Assembly (NCBI GenBank): GCA_013265495.1
Contig: MU058658.1
Span: forward strand, 247,059-311,058
Origin: Vicugna vicugna
Taxonomy: Eukaryota
Direction of reading: 5' to 3'
Length of the DNA: 64,000 nt
Part shown: positions 28,161-46,975 of the stretch, in pieces
How positions within the stretch are numbered: position 1 is the stretch's first letter
Layout: each line of letters opens with the position of its first letter
The notes under the pieces: generated by a model
Seen by the model: only the letters and a program-made list of their open reading frames with translations
Told to the model about the DNA's origin: nothing
Database searches by the model: none
Made by a program: the position numbers and the translations under genes

Positions 28161-29809
28161 CCCCTTTTTTTCTTCCTTAGCCGAACCCTCAGGAGAGGCT
28201 GTAAGGCATTGTCCAGAAGGTTATGGGGATATGTTTATGAACTAATATTGCCACTAAGTGATTCGTTGCCAATTACAGTGAGAAAAAATTGCTCCAACTG
28301 CTGACTTTTTGTAATGTATTGTAAAAAGCTAAATACAGGATATTTAGTGTGTCCTAAAATGTCAATACAGGCTACAGGCTACAGGCCATGTGTCGTGTGC
28401 ACAGAACGTGGGCGGTCCTATTCCCAACGTGTGTCATCACCCACTCTTGTACCTGAAACCTGGTTAGCGTTCACTGAACATTTGTGCATCCGTAAACAAA
28501 CAACAGTACAACTTCTCTATTTATTTTTACCTCATTGGCAACTCTTTTTAAATATTATCTTTACCTCTTCTTCCAAGCTCCATAATGCAGAATGTTTTCA
28601 AGTATTAAAAATAATCACATTTTGAACCAAACTCTGAGTGTGGCTGAGATCTCAGCAAGCTCTGAAATCTCAGCTTCATTCTCTGACTTCTCAGACTCAG
28701 CGACTCTTGCTCAGACTTCATTGTGATCTTAACTTTTCCCCTCACTGTCACAGATAAATTTCCCTAGAACCGTTCCTTGAAAAATGACACATTCCTTGAA
28801 AAATGACAAAATTATTATTAATAATGTTTAGTAATATCCATTTAACAGTGTTTTTTCCAGAGATTATCTCAACTCCCTGTGTAGATACTGTTGCTGCAAT
28901 TCCAGGCAAAATGAAAAACCACTTTCCAGCAAGGGGATGAGATCATGGAATCTCAAACCTTTATGTCAGGGATAAGATGCCCCCTTTGCACACGTGGTCA
29001 AATTCTCAGAAAGGCACACACTGTCCTGGCAGAAGATGGCATGTGATAAGTTCCTCTTCTTTTAGAGAGGTTTCACATTCTTAAAGAGCTCTCAGATATG
29101 AAGTAATCAGTCTTATCTTAAATAGCAATGTTGTTTGCTAGGTTGGAACACCATCCAACAGGAGAAATGTTTTCCATGGGAACCAGACACACAACATCAC
29201 CCTTTCTGGCTACTCTGCTGCCTCCAGACACCCCTTTCCAAGTTCTCCATCATAAGCCCTGTCTGGGGGCTTTTCACATTGCGCTTGAGTGAACCTACTG
29301 AAACTCATAAAAAGCGAAAGTGTGCATGATGTTTTTGACAAGCAACAAGATAGCTGACAGCTATGAGAGGATGCTGAGTAACATCGCGGTGTGGTGGCTC
29401 CCTTTCTGTGCGCAGTCTTTGGAAATATCTGCGATTCATGGAGTCTGAAATAACAAGTCTGTAAACACTTCTGTAGCTTCTACTAAGACCCTAGACGGCA
29501 CTCTGAGGAAATTTGGATACGACCCCTTGAAGAGCCAGCAAAGCCCTGCCAGGTTTACAGCCCCAGAACTCCATTTCCCGGAGCGCCTCGCGTCCTTACT
29601 TGGCCTTTATCCACAATGGAAATGACCAGTGTTCTGAGAAAGGGCAGGTAATGCAGGGAGTGGAAACTGTCACTCAGCTAAAAATGCCAGTGTTTCAGTT
29701 GAGGGATGGGAGATGGGAGAAGTCTGTGGGTTATTTGAAATCCTACTGTTTGGTTTGTTTACTCTGAAGGAGAGCTGTGCAGAAGTGACAGGCTGGGATG
29801 ACCTGTTGT

Positions 29810-30400
29810 GCAGCCGACCTCTTGTAAAACTGAGTCTCTGTACCCAGTAAACAACTCCCATCCTCCCTCCCCCTAGTCCCTGGAAACCAGCAGTCTGTTC
29901 TGCCCTCTGCCCAACGGGTCTGACTATTCTAAGGACGTCATTTAAGCGGAATAGCACAGATGTGTTTTCGGACAAGTGTACTTCACTTACCATAATGTCT
30001 TCAAGGGTCACCCATTTTGTAACATAGGTAAGAATTTCTTCCCATTTTAAGGCTGAGTGATAGTTCATTGAAGCATTTATCATATTTTCTTTATCCACTC
30101 ATCTCAGTTGACACTTTGGTTGCTTTCACATGTTTTCTGTTGTGAATAATGCTGCCATGAACATGAGTGTAGAACTATCTCTTCAACCTGCTTTCAATTT
30201 TTTGAGGGGCAGTGTGTGACCTAGAGGTAGAGTAGCTGGATCATATGTAACACTATTTAAATTGTTTTTCCAGGGACCACCATGCTCTTCAATAGTGACT
30301 CACCAATTTAAATCCCTACCAACATGCACAGGGTTCCACTTTATCCATATCCTTGCCAACACTTCTTGTTTTCTGTTTTTTGATAGCAGCCACCTGGTTC
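29810..30400 (-). mobile_element. L1 3' fragment
   Basis: ORF2 C-terminal relic YHSALKWEEILTYVTKWVTLEDIMVSEV. Confidence 0.8.
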
Positions 30401-31007
30401 AATTAATTTTTATTAGAAATGTTTCAGGTATGGTTTTTCAGACACTTTAATGTTTTGGCCTTTTTGTAAACTCAGGATTATTTTGGAAAGAGGGACCCCA
30501 TAGTAACCTTTCTGTATGAGTACAGCCAGGTTTTGCCATTCAGGATCCAGCATCTGAGGTTCTAACCGACAGGTATACAAGCTCTCTAAGTCATGTAACT
30601 CTGGGTCATATGCACCATAAACTTTTTAAAAATCCTGTAAATACTTGCTGGAACTTACTGGGACTTCAGAGAAACTTTAGATATAATTGTTAATGCAGCC
30701 TGGGTCCAAGGTTTCATTTCAACAGTTGCTAATGAAAAGAAGCAGAATATACTCTCCAAAGCATAAGGATTATTTGAGCTGAAGGTAACTGGAAAGAAGG
30801 AGATAAAAGAGAAGCTCTCGGCCCTAATCTGTTAGATAGACCAAGAATAAGAAAACTGGGTTTTGTTTTACCTTCACTTATTCCCTCTCTGATGTGCTTC
30901 CTTTCTTCACATGTCTGAGCTTCTGACCTGTATCATCTTCCTTCTCTCTAAAGAGCTTTTAACATTGCTCCCAAGGCGGGACTACTGCCAACCAATTCTC
31001 TCTCTCT

Positions 31008-31053
<46 letters not shown>

Positions 31054-31764
31054 TTTTTTTTTTTTTTTGCTTGTCTGAGAAAATCTTCTTTCTTCTTCAC
31101 TTTTGAAGGATAATTTTGCAGGGTTAAGAATTCTAGGTTGCTGGACTTTTTTCTCTCAGCACTTTATTTCACTGCACTCTCTTCTTGCTTGCATGGATTC
31201 TGAAAAGTTGGGTGTGATTCTTATCTTTGCTCCTCTGTAGGCAAGGTGTTTTCTTCCTCTGACTTTTTCAGGATGTTTTTCTTCATCTTTGATTATCTGT
31301 AATTTGAAAATGATATCCCTAGATTTTTTTTGTTTTAGCATTTTTCCTGCTTGGTATTCTCTGAGCTTCCTGGATCTGTACTTTGACATCTGACGTGAAT
31401 TGGAGGAAATTCTCAGTCACTGTGGTTTCAAACATTCTTTCTTTTCTTTCTTTCCTTCTTCCTTCCTTCCTTCTTCCTTTCTTTCCCTTCCTTCCTCTTT
31501 CTTTCTTTCCTTTCTTTCTTTCTTCTCTCTTTCTTTCATTTTTCTTTCTTTCTTTCCCTTCCTCCCTTCCTTCCTCCCTCCCTTCCTTCCTTCCTTCTCC
31601 CTCTGGTATTGCCATCATGCATCTGCTACACCTTTTCTGTTGTCCTATAGTTCTTGGATATTCTGTGTTTTCAGTCTTTTTTGGTTTGCTTGCTTTTCAG
31701 TTTTGGCTATTTCTGTTGAGATACCCTCTGGCTCAGAGATGCTTTCCTCAGCCATGTTCAGTCT

Positions 31765-32108
31765 ATATATAATATATATATATTTTAAGTTATAGTCAGT
31801 TTACAATGTTGTGTCAGTTTCTGGTGTACAGCATAATGCTTCAGTCATACATGAACATATATTCATTTTCGTATTCTTTTCACCGTAAGTCACTACAAGA
31901 TATTGAATATAGTTCCCTGTGCTGTATACAGTATAAACTTGTTTATCAGATTTTGTGAAAATCCTTTTGTATTTCGAAGTGAAAGACATTCTGCCAGAGT
32001 TCAGTAGGTGTTGTGATTCAGTGGGTCTGTAAATGTAACTCTTGGGGCATTTGTGGGAGAGGGCGACCTGTGAGTCTCTCTACTCTGCCATCTTTGCACC
32101 TCCCTCCC
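31765..32108 (-). mobile_element. 344-bp L1 with 5' terminus joined to 3' UTR (probably spliced)
   Basis: Starts GGGAGGGAGGTGCAAAGATGGCAGAGTAG. Junction at 31947/31946 into ATAAACAAGTTTATACTG. TSD CAGTCT at 31759-31764 and 32109-32114. Confidence 0.7.
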
Positions 32109-32210
32109 CAGTCTGCTCAAACTCATTAAAGACATTCTTCATTTTTGTGTTTTTGGTGTCACATTCTTTTCTGAGAATTCCCATCTGACTGCTTATGTTA
32201 CCCATCTGTT

Positions 32211-32500
32211 CTTTTTTTTGTAAATAGAAGTCTAGTAAGTTTACAATGTTTTGATTTCTGTTGTACAACATAGTGTTTCAATCATGCATGTTCATGCATA
32301 CATTCATTTTCAGATTCTTTTTCATTATAGGTTACCGCAAGATATTGAATATAGGTCCCTGTGCTACAGAAGAATCTTGTTATCTCTTTTATATATAGTA
32401 GTTAGTATCAGCAAATCTCTAACTCCCAATTTATCCCTTCCCACCACCGCCTTTCCTGCCCTGGTAACCATAAGTTTGTTTTCTATGTCTGTGAGTCTGT
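32211..32500 (-). mobile_element. L1 3' UTR insertion
   Basis: TSD TTACCCATCTGTT at 32198-32210 and 32501-32513. Confidence 0.85.
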
Positions 32501-33774
32501 TTACCCATCTGTTTTGAATGCTGTCTACTTTATCCATCAGAGCTCTTATCATCTGAACCCCTGGTCCGGTAATACCAATATCCTTGCCATGTCTTAAGTC
32601 TGGTCCTGATGCTTGCAAGTCTCTTCAAATTTTGTTTTTAGCTTTAGTATGTGTTGTAATTCTTTATTTATAGCTAGACATGATGTACTGGGAAAAGGAA
32701 ATTCTGAAAATACACCTTTAGCAAAGTGGTGGCAAGTTGTGGGAGGAGGGGAGGCATGCCATAGTACTAGGACTAGGTCTTGATTAGTGAGCCTTTCCCT
32801 CTCAACTATGAGTTTCCTACATTCTCCCCAGCTCCACTGCCCCCACCTAGGTGGGACTAGATGGCTAGAGTGGGCTGGAGCCGGGACTTCCCTTCCCTCA
32901 CGTCTGTCAGGCTCTGGTTGATGAGCTGCTTCTGAGAGCAGACTTGTTAAGAACAGAACTTTCTGACGTATTTCAAAATGGTGCCTTTCTCCCTCTCCCT
33001 GGGCACAAGGGCACGTTTCTCTGATACTCACTATGAAGAAACCTCACAAAATCATGGGGATCCTTGAGACTGAGTGCCCCTGGAGTTGTCCTCTCTCAGA
33101 TGCACTCACACTGCACCTCCAGCGTTCGTCACGCTCAGCTTAGGTTTTCCTGCCCCAGCACTGGGTGTCCTGGGACTGGGCTTCCAGAGGACTGGGCTCA
33201 GCTGCTCGGTTCCTGTCATTCTCTGAATTCCCCTGGTGCTCACTCTGTTCCGGGGGGCTGTACTCTGCCCCATGACTCTAACAAGACTGGTTGATTTTCC
33301 AATATTTTCAGATGTTTACTTGCTGTTAGGATGCAGTGGCAACTTCCAGCTTCTTACATGCCAGAAAACAGAAGTCCTGTCTGCTCCTGTTTTGTTCATT
33401 TCTAGGGTCTTGACTTACTTCTTAGTAGGAATCTAAAACTTGTATGTCTAAAATTATCTAAAAATAGGCACATTTAGATAGTGTATCTTCTCTCAGCCCC
33501 TCAAATCTCTAAATTTTGACTGTCACGAGCTTTGTGAAACAGAAAGCTTTAAATTTAGACACAATTATCTTAGTCAATTTTGTCATTATTTTGGCACATT
33601 GGGGTTTTAAAAATGCAGCCAGGCGGTGGCATCTGTGATTGTTTCCTAGTTCTCACTCCAAAGTGATTCTCTTGATTTCCTGTTCTGTAACGCACGTTGA
33701 CATGTGTACATGTTGATTTTCTCAAAAGAGCCACCTTGTTTGAGGATACAAGATAAAAAGAGGAGCTCAAACAA

Positions 33775-33990
33775 GGAATTCTACCAGCAGACTGCCTACG
33801 GTGTTGAACTGTAACTCTTCCCTGGGTCTCTAGCCTCCTGGCCTCGTCTGCAGATTTTGGACTTCCCAGGCCATTACAGCCACGTCAGCTAATTCCTTAA
33901 AATATCTCCCCGTGCTCTGTTTCTCTCTCCATACATGCATGTACACTCAAACACAGTGGTGGTTCTGTTTCTCTGGAGATCCTAATATAT
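33775..33990 (+). mobile_element. MLT2-like (ERVL) LTR fragment
   Basis: TGCAGATTTTGGACTT...AATTCCTTAAAAT...GGTTCTGTTTCTCTGGAGA motif. Confidence 0.7.
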
Positions 33991-35099
33991 CACAAAACTG
34001 AACAGTTAAAGGTGGTAGATGATAATTTTTATGTTATGTGTATTTTACCACAAAAAAATGATGAATGCTAGAATGTGCTAAGAACTTTTATGACACAAAG
34101 ACATAGCTGGAGGACACTACAAGAAAAAAAAAGTCAAATAAGAAAAATCTAGAAAGATGTGTCAGTGGGAGCTTGTGCAAAAGGCAGATGGTTCAAAAAT
34201 TTTTTAGATAATCATTTCCTATGAAACTGAATTTAAATGTACTTAAACTCCACTTTCCCAATTTAAACAACTTTTTCTCAGAGCGACTGTCAGAACGTGC
34301 GGCTCTAATACATAACAGCCTTGCTTACTCTTATTTGGTGCCATGCTTTTGCACACACAACATGGATTAAACTAAAACTATACATACGCACTTAGTGAAA
34401 GCAACCATACAAGAGTAATTGTAGGATTCCACTTATAAAAAGTTCTAGAAACTACAAACTACAGTTTCTACCTAGAGAAGGCAGATTGGCTAGGGCTGGG
34501 AGAGACAGGATACAAAGGGGCCAGTGGAGACTCTAAGGGACATGTTCATTGTCATGACTTTGCTGGTGGTCCCATTATGCAGACATATGTGAAAATACAT
34601 TTTACCCTTTTCATAAATGCAGCTTAATGTTCATTATTACCTCAATAAAGCTGTAATAAAGATTCCATAAAATCTAGATCTCCTGTATAAGTATCATTCA
34701 CATCTAGCAGATAGCACTGACCCCACCAGCAGCCTGCCCTGTGTCTCGGGTGGCTGAGCCCTGACTCCTGCCAGAACAGAAGGACACACCAACAGATGCT
34801 TCACGTCCCACGGGCTAGCAGAAGAGAGATGGAAAATGTATGAATGCAACTACGCCAAGTGTCCAGAGCAATCAAATTCAGAGAGACAGGTCCGGTAGGG
34901 AGGGAGCAGGAAGAGCTGTTGTTTAGTGGGTTTAGTTTCACTTCTGCAAGATGAGAACTCTGGAGGTGAGCTGCACAAATATATGAATTTTTAAACACAC
35001 TAACTGTAAAATTAAAAAGATAGAGGGTAAACTTTCTTATATGTATTTTACCACCATCAAAAATGTAAAAACAAACAAAAAAGACACTATATTAGAGTA

Positions 35100-41299
<6,200 letters not shown>

Positions 41300-41300
<1 letters not shown>

Positions 41301-41790
41301 CCTGGAGCCCCTCTTGCCGCTATTTCACTCCCTCAGCTCGTCGCCCACCAAGCGACACTGAAGTACTGAACTCGGGCACACCCAAAGTGCCGCCAAAAGA
41401 CCGGAAGGGACACCGGAAGTCCCGCCCGCCGACGATGTGCAGTGTGCGTCCCGCTTCTACGCTTTCATTGGCTCGGTCCTCGCCGCCGCCACCGCGCGGC
41501 CAATGAAGGCTCAACTCAGGGACGTTTGCCCGCGCCCGCGCCGTGTGGGGCGGGACTTCCGGGCAGCTATTTGTGGAGGCCGTGTTTGCGTTGTTTTCGG
41601 GTTCTTTCCGCGGTTTTCAGGGTGTTGAGTCCTGAGTGGGGACCGAAGTGAACGGAACCGGCGAGGGTGGGCGTTATCGCCGCTGCCCAGAGGCGGCCGT
41701 GAGGCTCCCTGAGCCTGCAGTGACGGCGGTGCCCTCTTTCCTGCCCCGCTCGCCGCCTCTCCCGGCCCCGCGCTTCCCACCAGCTGGATG
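41300..41790. promoter_or_regulatory. Bidirectional CpG island promoter with mirrored motifs
   Basis: CCGGAAGTCCCGCCC 41413-41427 mirrors GGGCGGGACTTCCGG 41548-41562. TTCATTGGC 41464-41472 mirrors GCCAATGAA 41499-41507. Confidence 0.85.
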
Positions 41791-44700
41791 AGCCCCGCTC
41801 AGGTGGGTGCTGCGTCCCCGGGCCCCATCCCGCCGCCTCCCACCCCCGAGTCCAGGTGCTGATGGGGGGGCGCCCGCTCAGTTCCTGCCGGTCACCCCCG
41901 TGTCCAGAGCGGAGGGCGGCCTTGGAGGGGTCGTCCTTCCAGCGGGTGGGAAGGGGTGTAGGAGGGAGTTCCCCCGGGGCCGCCTGTGCGAGGCTCGCGG
42001 GTGCTACGCGGTGGGCAGCCTCATGGAAACCTGGGATGTCTTGTATCGGGGACCGGCGGAGGGGAGGAGGTGTCTCCCCTGAAACGGCCGCCCCAGCAGC
42101 GGGACTCCGTGGGAGGCTGTGAAGGGCGTGGGGACGGGAGAACCGTGTGCGGAGTTAGCAGACTAAACGTGGGAAACCCAGGATGCGAATGGAGACACGG
42201 AGCCTGCTGAGGAGACCTCCCCCCCACAGACCCCAGGAGACTGTGGTAGGGGCCGGCCGGGGTGGTGGCGGCACAGGGGAAGGGTGAAGAGATTCTGCAT
42301 AGATCTCCTCGATAGAGCCTACAGGACTTTCTGATGGCATCTTGTATAGCTGTGAGCAGAAGGAGCGCTTGAGGGACCATATCACGGTTTTGTTTTGTTT
42401 GTTTTTCCCCTGAATATCTGAAAGAGTGGAGATGGGGAAGCAAGCACAGAGGTCAGGTTTCAGAGAGAAGATAATGAGTTGGATTTTGGATGTGTGATTT
42501 CAAGGTATCTCAACATGGAGACGCCGCATAAGTATGTGTACATAAAGGTCTGCATGCTCCGGAAGGGGGCTGGGTTGAAGCCGTTAAAGGAGTATATAGT
42601 GCAGAGTGGACCAGGGCATGACCTGAGGATCAGATTGAGGAGGGCGAGTCTTAAGGTTGTTACTTCTGGTGGGCCCTGTAGTGAGTCCCAGGAGGGCGGA
42701 GACTTCGAGTTTGGGCCTGGGGGTTTCATCATCCCTCATGTTCCCCCCATAATGTAACATACCTGGCAGAGGCAGCATTCTGGCTTGTGTCTGTAGGAAA
42801 AGATGCCTGGATGTGGTGAGTGCCTGGCCTGGATGAAGAAGGGGTGAGACAGTGTAGACTCTCAGCCCTGCAGGTCATCTCTGCTCCTGGAGGACAGTCC
42901 CTATGGGACAGATAAGTAGCCAGGTCTGTGGATCAGACTGGTTCCAGACAAGAACACTGCTGACTCACCTCCACACCTCAGGACAAGAGGAACAAATGCA
43001 CTCCAGTCACGGGGCTCCTGCAGGCACACTTACAGGGATTGTTTGTGAACAGAAAACAGGCTTGTTTGCTGAAAGGAAAGGTAGCTGACCTGCCTGCTCA
43101 ACTCTCCCTAAAACTCATTAAATTCAGAATATATGAAAAGCACTGATTAAAACATCAGTTAACCAATATCTTTCTAAGTATATTCATATAGAGGGACAGT
43201 TAGAAATGAAGATTTTCTATGAATTAAACATGGGAACACTTTATAAAAATTGAAATGTCAGTTTACCTATATTATTTTTTAATAGTCTAGGTATTAGCAA
43301 ATTAAGTAGAGTGTTATATATCACATTCTCTGAAAACCTTAAAAAGCTGAAATAATGCAGACCCACATTTTCAAAACCCAACCCCTTCATATGCACTGAA
43401 AACAAAAAATTGTGAATCCTGTGGATCATTACAGCTGACAGGTAGTATGTGCTCTGAAGTTAACACTTTCATCAGCCTTGTCAGATCAAAACCATTGCCC
43501 CCATTTTATGCTGAAGGAGTTGAGGCTCAGGGAATTTCAGTCTTTAAGGAGACTCACACAGCTGATAACAGTGACACTGAGACCACAGAAACTGAGTATC
43601 AACCATCAGGCTGAGACCATTTTGCTCCAGGGCAGGGTAGGGGTGGTGGTCCAGCTCAGCCCTTAGAATCCTACCGTGGGTGCCTATTTCTCATGACCCC
43701 CTCTTCCCACAGGCTCCCCTGTTGTTTTCAGAGGTGCTTATGGACACTTACAGGTGGATCAGGGATGTGCCAGACCTTCCTCCAACCCAATTATCACTCT
43801 GAAGGTTTTGTCGCTCCCCCATAGAGAATTTGGTGTCCTGAGATTATTCACCTGTACTCACTTCCTTGGGTCTGAAGTCCCTGTGGTTTCACCAAGGCCT
43901 AGGGTCTTAAACTCACCTCAGGTTTTATGGACCCGTAACTGACAGTCAATGGAGTAAGATGTGGAAGGGTGTTCTGGGCACAGGATCCAGAAGTTCAGAC
44001 AATTGGAGGTGAGACTGAGCTCGAAAATTGAGGGAACTGCAAGTTTATTATATGTGGTAGGAACATGGGGTGGGTGGGAGAGTTATTGGTGGGTTGGGGC
44101 ACATAGTTACAGGTCTAAAGTGACAGCCTGAGAATCTGAGTGAATTAGGAGCTAGGGAAGGTTTGGAGTGAGCAGCAGGGTATTTGACCCAGATTGTAAC
44201 AGGCTGTGTCTACCTGCGGGGGATACTGTGGAAGAGAAGGCGGAGGCCAGGCAACCTGGGAGGAAGTGACCATGGCTGTGCAGGTGAGAGTTGACAGTAG
44301 CTGGACAAGTGTCATGGCTGTGGAGGGAGAGGCAAGGTGGCCTTCCATTTGTGTTCTGAACAGACCTGCCCATGTTCAGTGATTTGGAGAGTGTGGGAGC
44401 TGGGATGGAAGGGGGGTCAGAGGTGGCCCCAGGTTTCTGGCTTCTGTTGGAAGGATAGATGTTGTGTCAGGTGAGACGGGGACGGCAGCAGTGGGAGGGA
44501 TTTTCAGAGGGAGTGGGAAGAGTCAGGTCTCATCACACGTGATCCAGAGACTCTGGGCGGAAGTGCCCTGGCGGCAGCAGAAGTATAGTTGTGGAACTGG
44601 GAGATACGTTCAGGTTGCAGACAGCTGTGCAACAGGTGGCTTCGTTAGGTTCTGGTGGCAGGAGTGGGAAGGAGGAGGCCGAGGTGTGTCTCTCTGCTGG

Positions 44701-46659
44701 CAGATGATGGGGGGGTGGTTGTCATGGAGACAGATGAGGAAACAGAATGTCTGAGGGGATAAGGGTAAAGGAGCCTGAAAGGCGTCCAAGGGGGCTGCGG
44801 ACCTGAGATAGACATCGAAGCATCTCCATGAGGAGGTCACATGGTAAACTCACTACACGTGTCAGCAGGGCACACCACCCCACTTTGGACTCACCTGTGT
44901 CTGGTGGTGATTCTTGGTCTGGTCTGCACTGTTCAATTCAGGCTAGTAGGTTAATTTAGGTGAAAAAGGATCAGTTGGGAGCATTGCTAGTTCTCCGGTA
45001 GGGTGGGGAGTTCGGGGTCACTGGGCTTTGAATGAGGGTCAGGTGGAGAGAGGCTGTCTAGACTGCTTATGGGCAGCATGAGAAGACGTGGTGGAGGGCT
45101 ACTAGTCATGAGGTCCTAGTGTCAGCTTTTGAGGGTGAGTGTGACATGGGGGACAGGGCCACATGGGGAGAATCACAAAAAGACCTTGGTGCTCTCTGGT
45201 GCTGGGGAACTTGGACGTTCTGGGTCAAAAGAGGATTCCGTTTCCATTTGCAAAGCCCCGCCTGGATTCCACGTGCACAGTGACATGTCGGGCTGCTGGC
45301 TCTCCGCACCTGGGTTGCAAAAGAAGAAGGACCAGAGCTGCGGAGAGATTCAGTCCAAGACTGCTGTGCAGGTGAGGAGGGGACTGTGCCGCCCCAGGCC
45401 CTGACGCCGGGTGCCTCAGGGAGGAAGTGAGTTCAGGCTCCGTTATCTGAGAGGCAGATCTGGGGACCTTAGGACACTGATGAAGTCGGAGTAGAGCCTG
45501 CGTCCTGTCAGGGGGAGCATCCAGACCCAGAAGTTAGACGGTGCTTTTCTGCGCCCTCCCCCAACTCATTTTTATTGTGTTCTGGACACAGTGGTGAGTG
45601 GAAATATGGAGAGAGAGGTGCTGGTTCCTCTGGACCTTGTGTCTCTTCCGCATTTGGGAAGTGGGGGTGGAGGGTGGGGAGGGAAGGGGAGTGTGGGGGA
45701 AAGACTGATGGTCCCAGAGAGAGGAGCTGCATGTTGATTGAAACGTCCCCATTTTGGCAGGGACTCGTGGTTTTTACAGATGTGGCTATACTTTCCTCCC
45801 AGGAGGGGTGGGGGCTCCTGGATGAGGCCCAGAGAAGCCGGTACTAGCAAGTGGAGATGCTGGAGAGTTTTGCGCTTACAGCCTCACTGGAGAAGGCCCT
45901 CACACCCGCCCCAGGGTCCTGGGCTTTGCCCTGTTCCTTCGCTCTGTTTTTCCCACATCCAGGCTGTGGGTAAGACTCCCTTTCTTGGTTTCCTAGCGTG
46001 TGTGTGGGAGCCATTCCCAGGCTGCGTGCACTGTGCTGCCTCCCCCCAGGCAGCCCCATCCCTTGCCTGTCTCTGGTTGGGTTACTCTGTTCAGTGCATG
46101 GAGGCCTTCACCCTTCTTGATGACTGTTTTTGGGGCCTGCCTGTGCCAGAGATACATGGTTCCTACTTGGAGAGACCATTGATTCTACCGGACCCTCTGT
46201 GGAGTTCTTGGATTATAGAATGTTAGTGGCCACACGTCGGCTCACTTGCGGGGGGGCATGCCGCCCACCCCTTCTCCCTGGGTTTCATCTTGCTTGGTCT
46301 GTGCCAGGTCCCTCTAGGTGCTCCCTGAGAGGAAAAGGGAGGGGCCTGGGGGCTTGATAGGATGGGCATTACTCCCTGAGCGCCCACAGAAAGTGGCTCT
46401 GGAGCTTGGGAGCTTGAAGAGGGTGTGTTGCAAAGATGGCTTTAAGTCGCACTGGAAACCAGGCCAGTGTCCATCAGTGGGTGATGCTAGAGACAGTGGT
46501 CACATTTCATTTCTACCTTTTCTCTCCCACTGTCATTTTGAATCTTCCAGTCCCCGACTCCCCTGACATTTGCAGCCTCCACCTCTTCTCTGTTCCCTTT
46601 TACTGCACCCTGTGCTGTGCTCTCAACATTTGACCCGCACTTAAGATATTGGGACATTT

Positions 46660-46975
46660 GGGGGAGGGTAGAGCTCAGTGGTAGAGTGTGTGTTTAGCAT
46701 GCATGAGGTCCTAGGTTCAATTAATCAAGCAGTCAATCAAACTAATTACCTTCCCACCCAAAACAAAACACAAAGCTTAAAAAACTACAGTCTGTTAAAA
46801 AAAAAAAGTATTGTGATGTTTGCACATATTTTTGGGGGGGGAGTAATTAGATTTCTTTATGTATTTTTTAATTAATTTTTTATTTTATTTTACTTTTTAG
46901 TGGAGGTACTGGGGATTGAACCCAGGACCTCGTGCATGCTAAGCATATGCTCTACCACTGAGCTAGACCCTCCTT
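46660..46975. mobile_element. Tail-to-tail SINE pair
   Basis: Plus copy ~46660-46808 and minus copy ~46832-46975. Confidence 0.85.

Larger units (their letters stand above)
30860..33060 (-). mobile_element. Old L1 ORF1/5' region with nested insertions and a (TTCC/TTTC)n expansion
   Basis: ORF1 relic TENFLQFTSDVKVQIQEAQRIPSR. Low-complexity tract ~31435-31600 and poly-T ~31011-31068. Confidence 0.8.

Noticed and set aside
27000..29650. Possible processed pseudogene or DNA-transposon relic
   Set aside because: No recognisable peptide, terminal repeats or TSD by eye.
31319..31795. Hydrophobic or charged ORFs
   Set aside because: Translation of a TTCC/TTTC microsatellite inside L1 ORF1.
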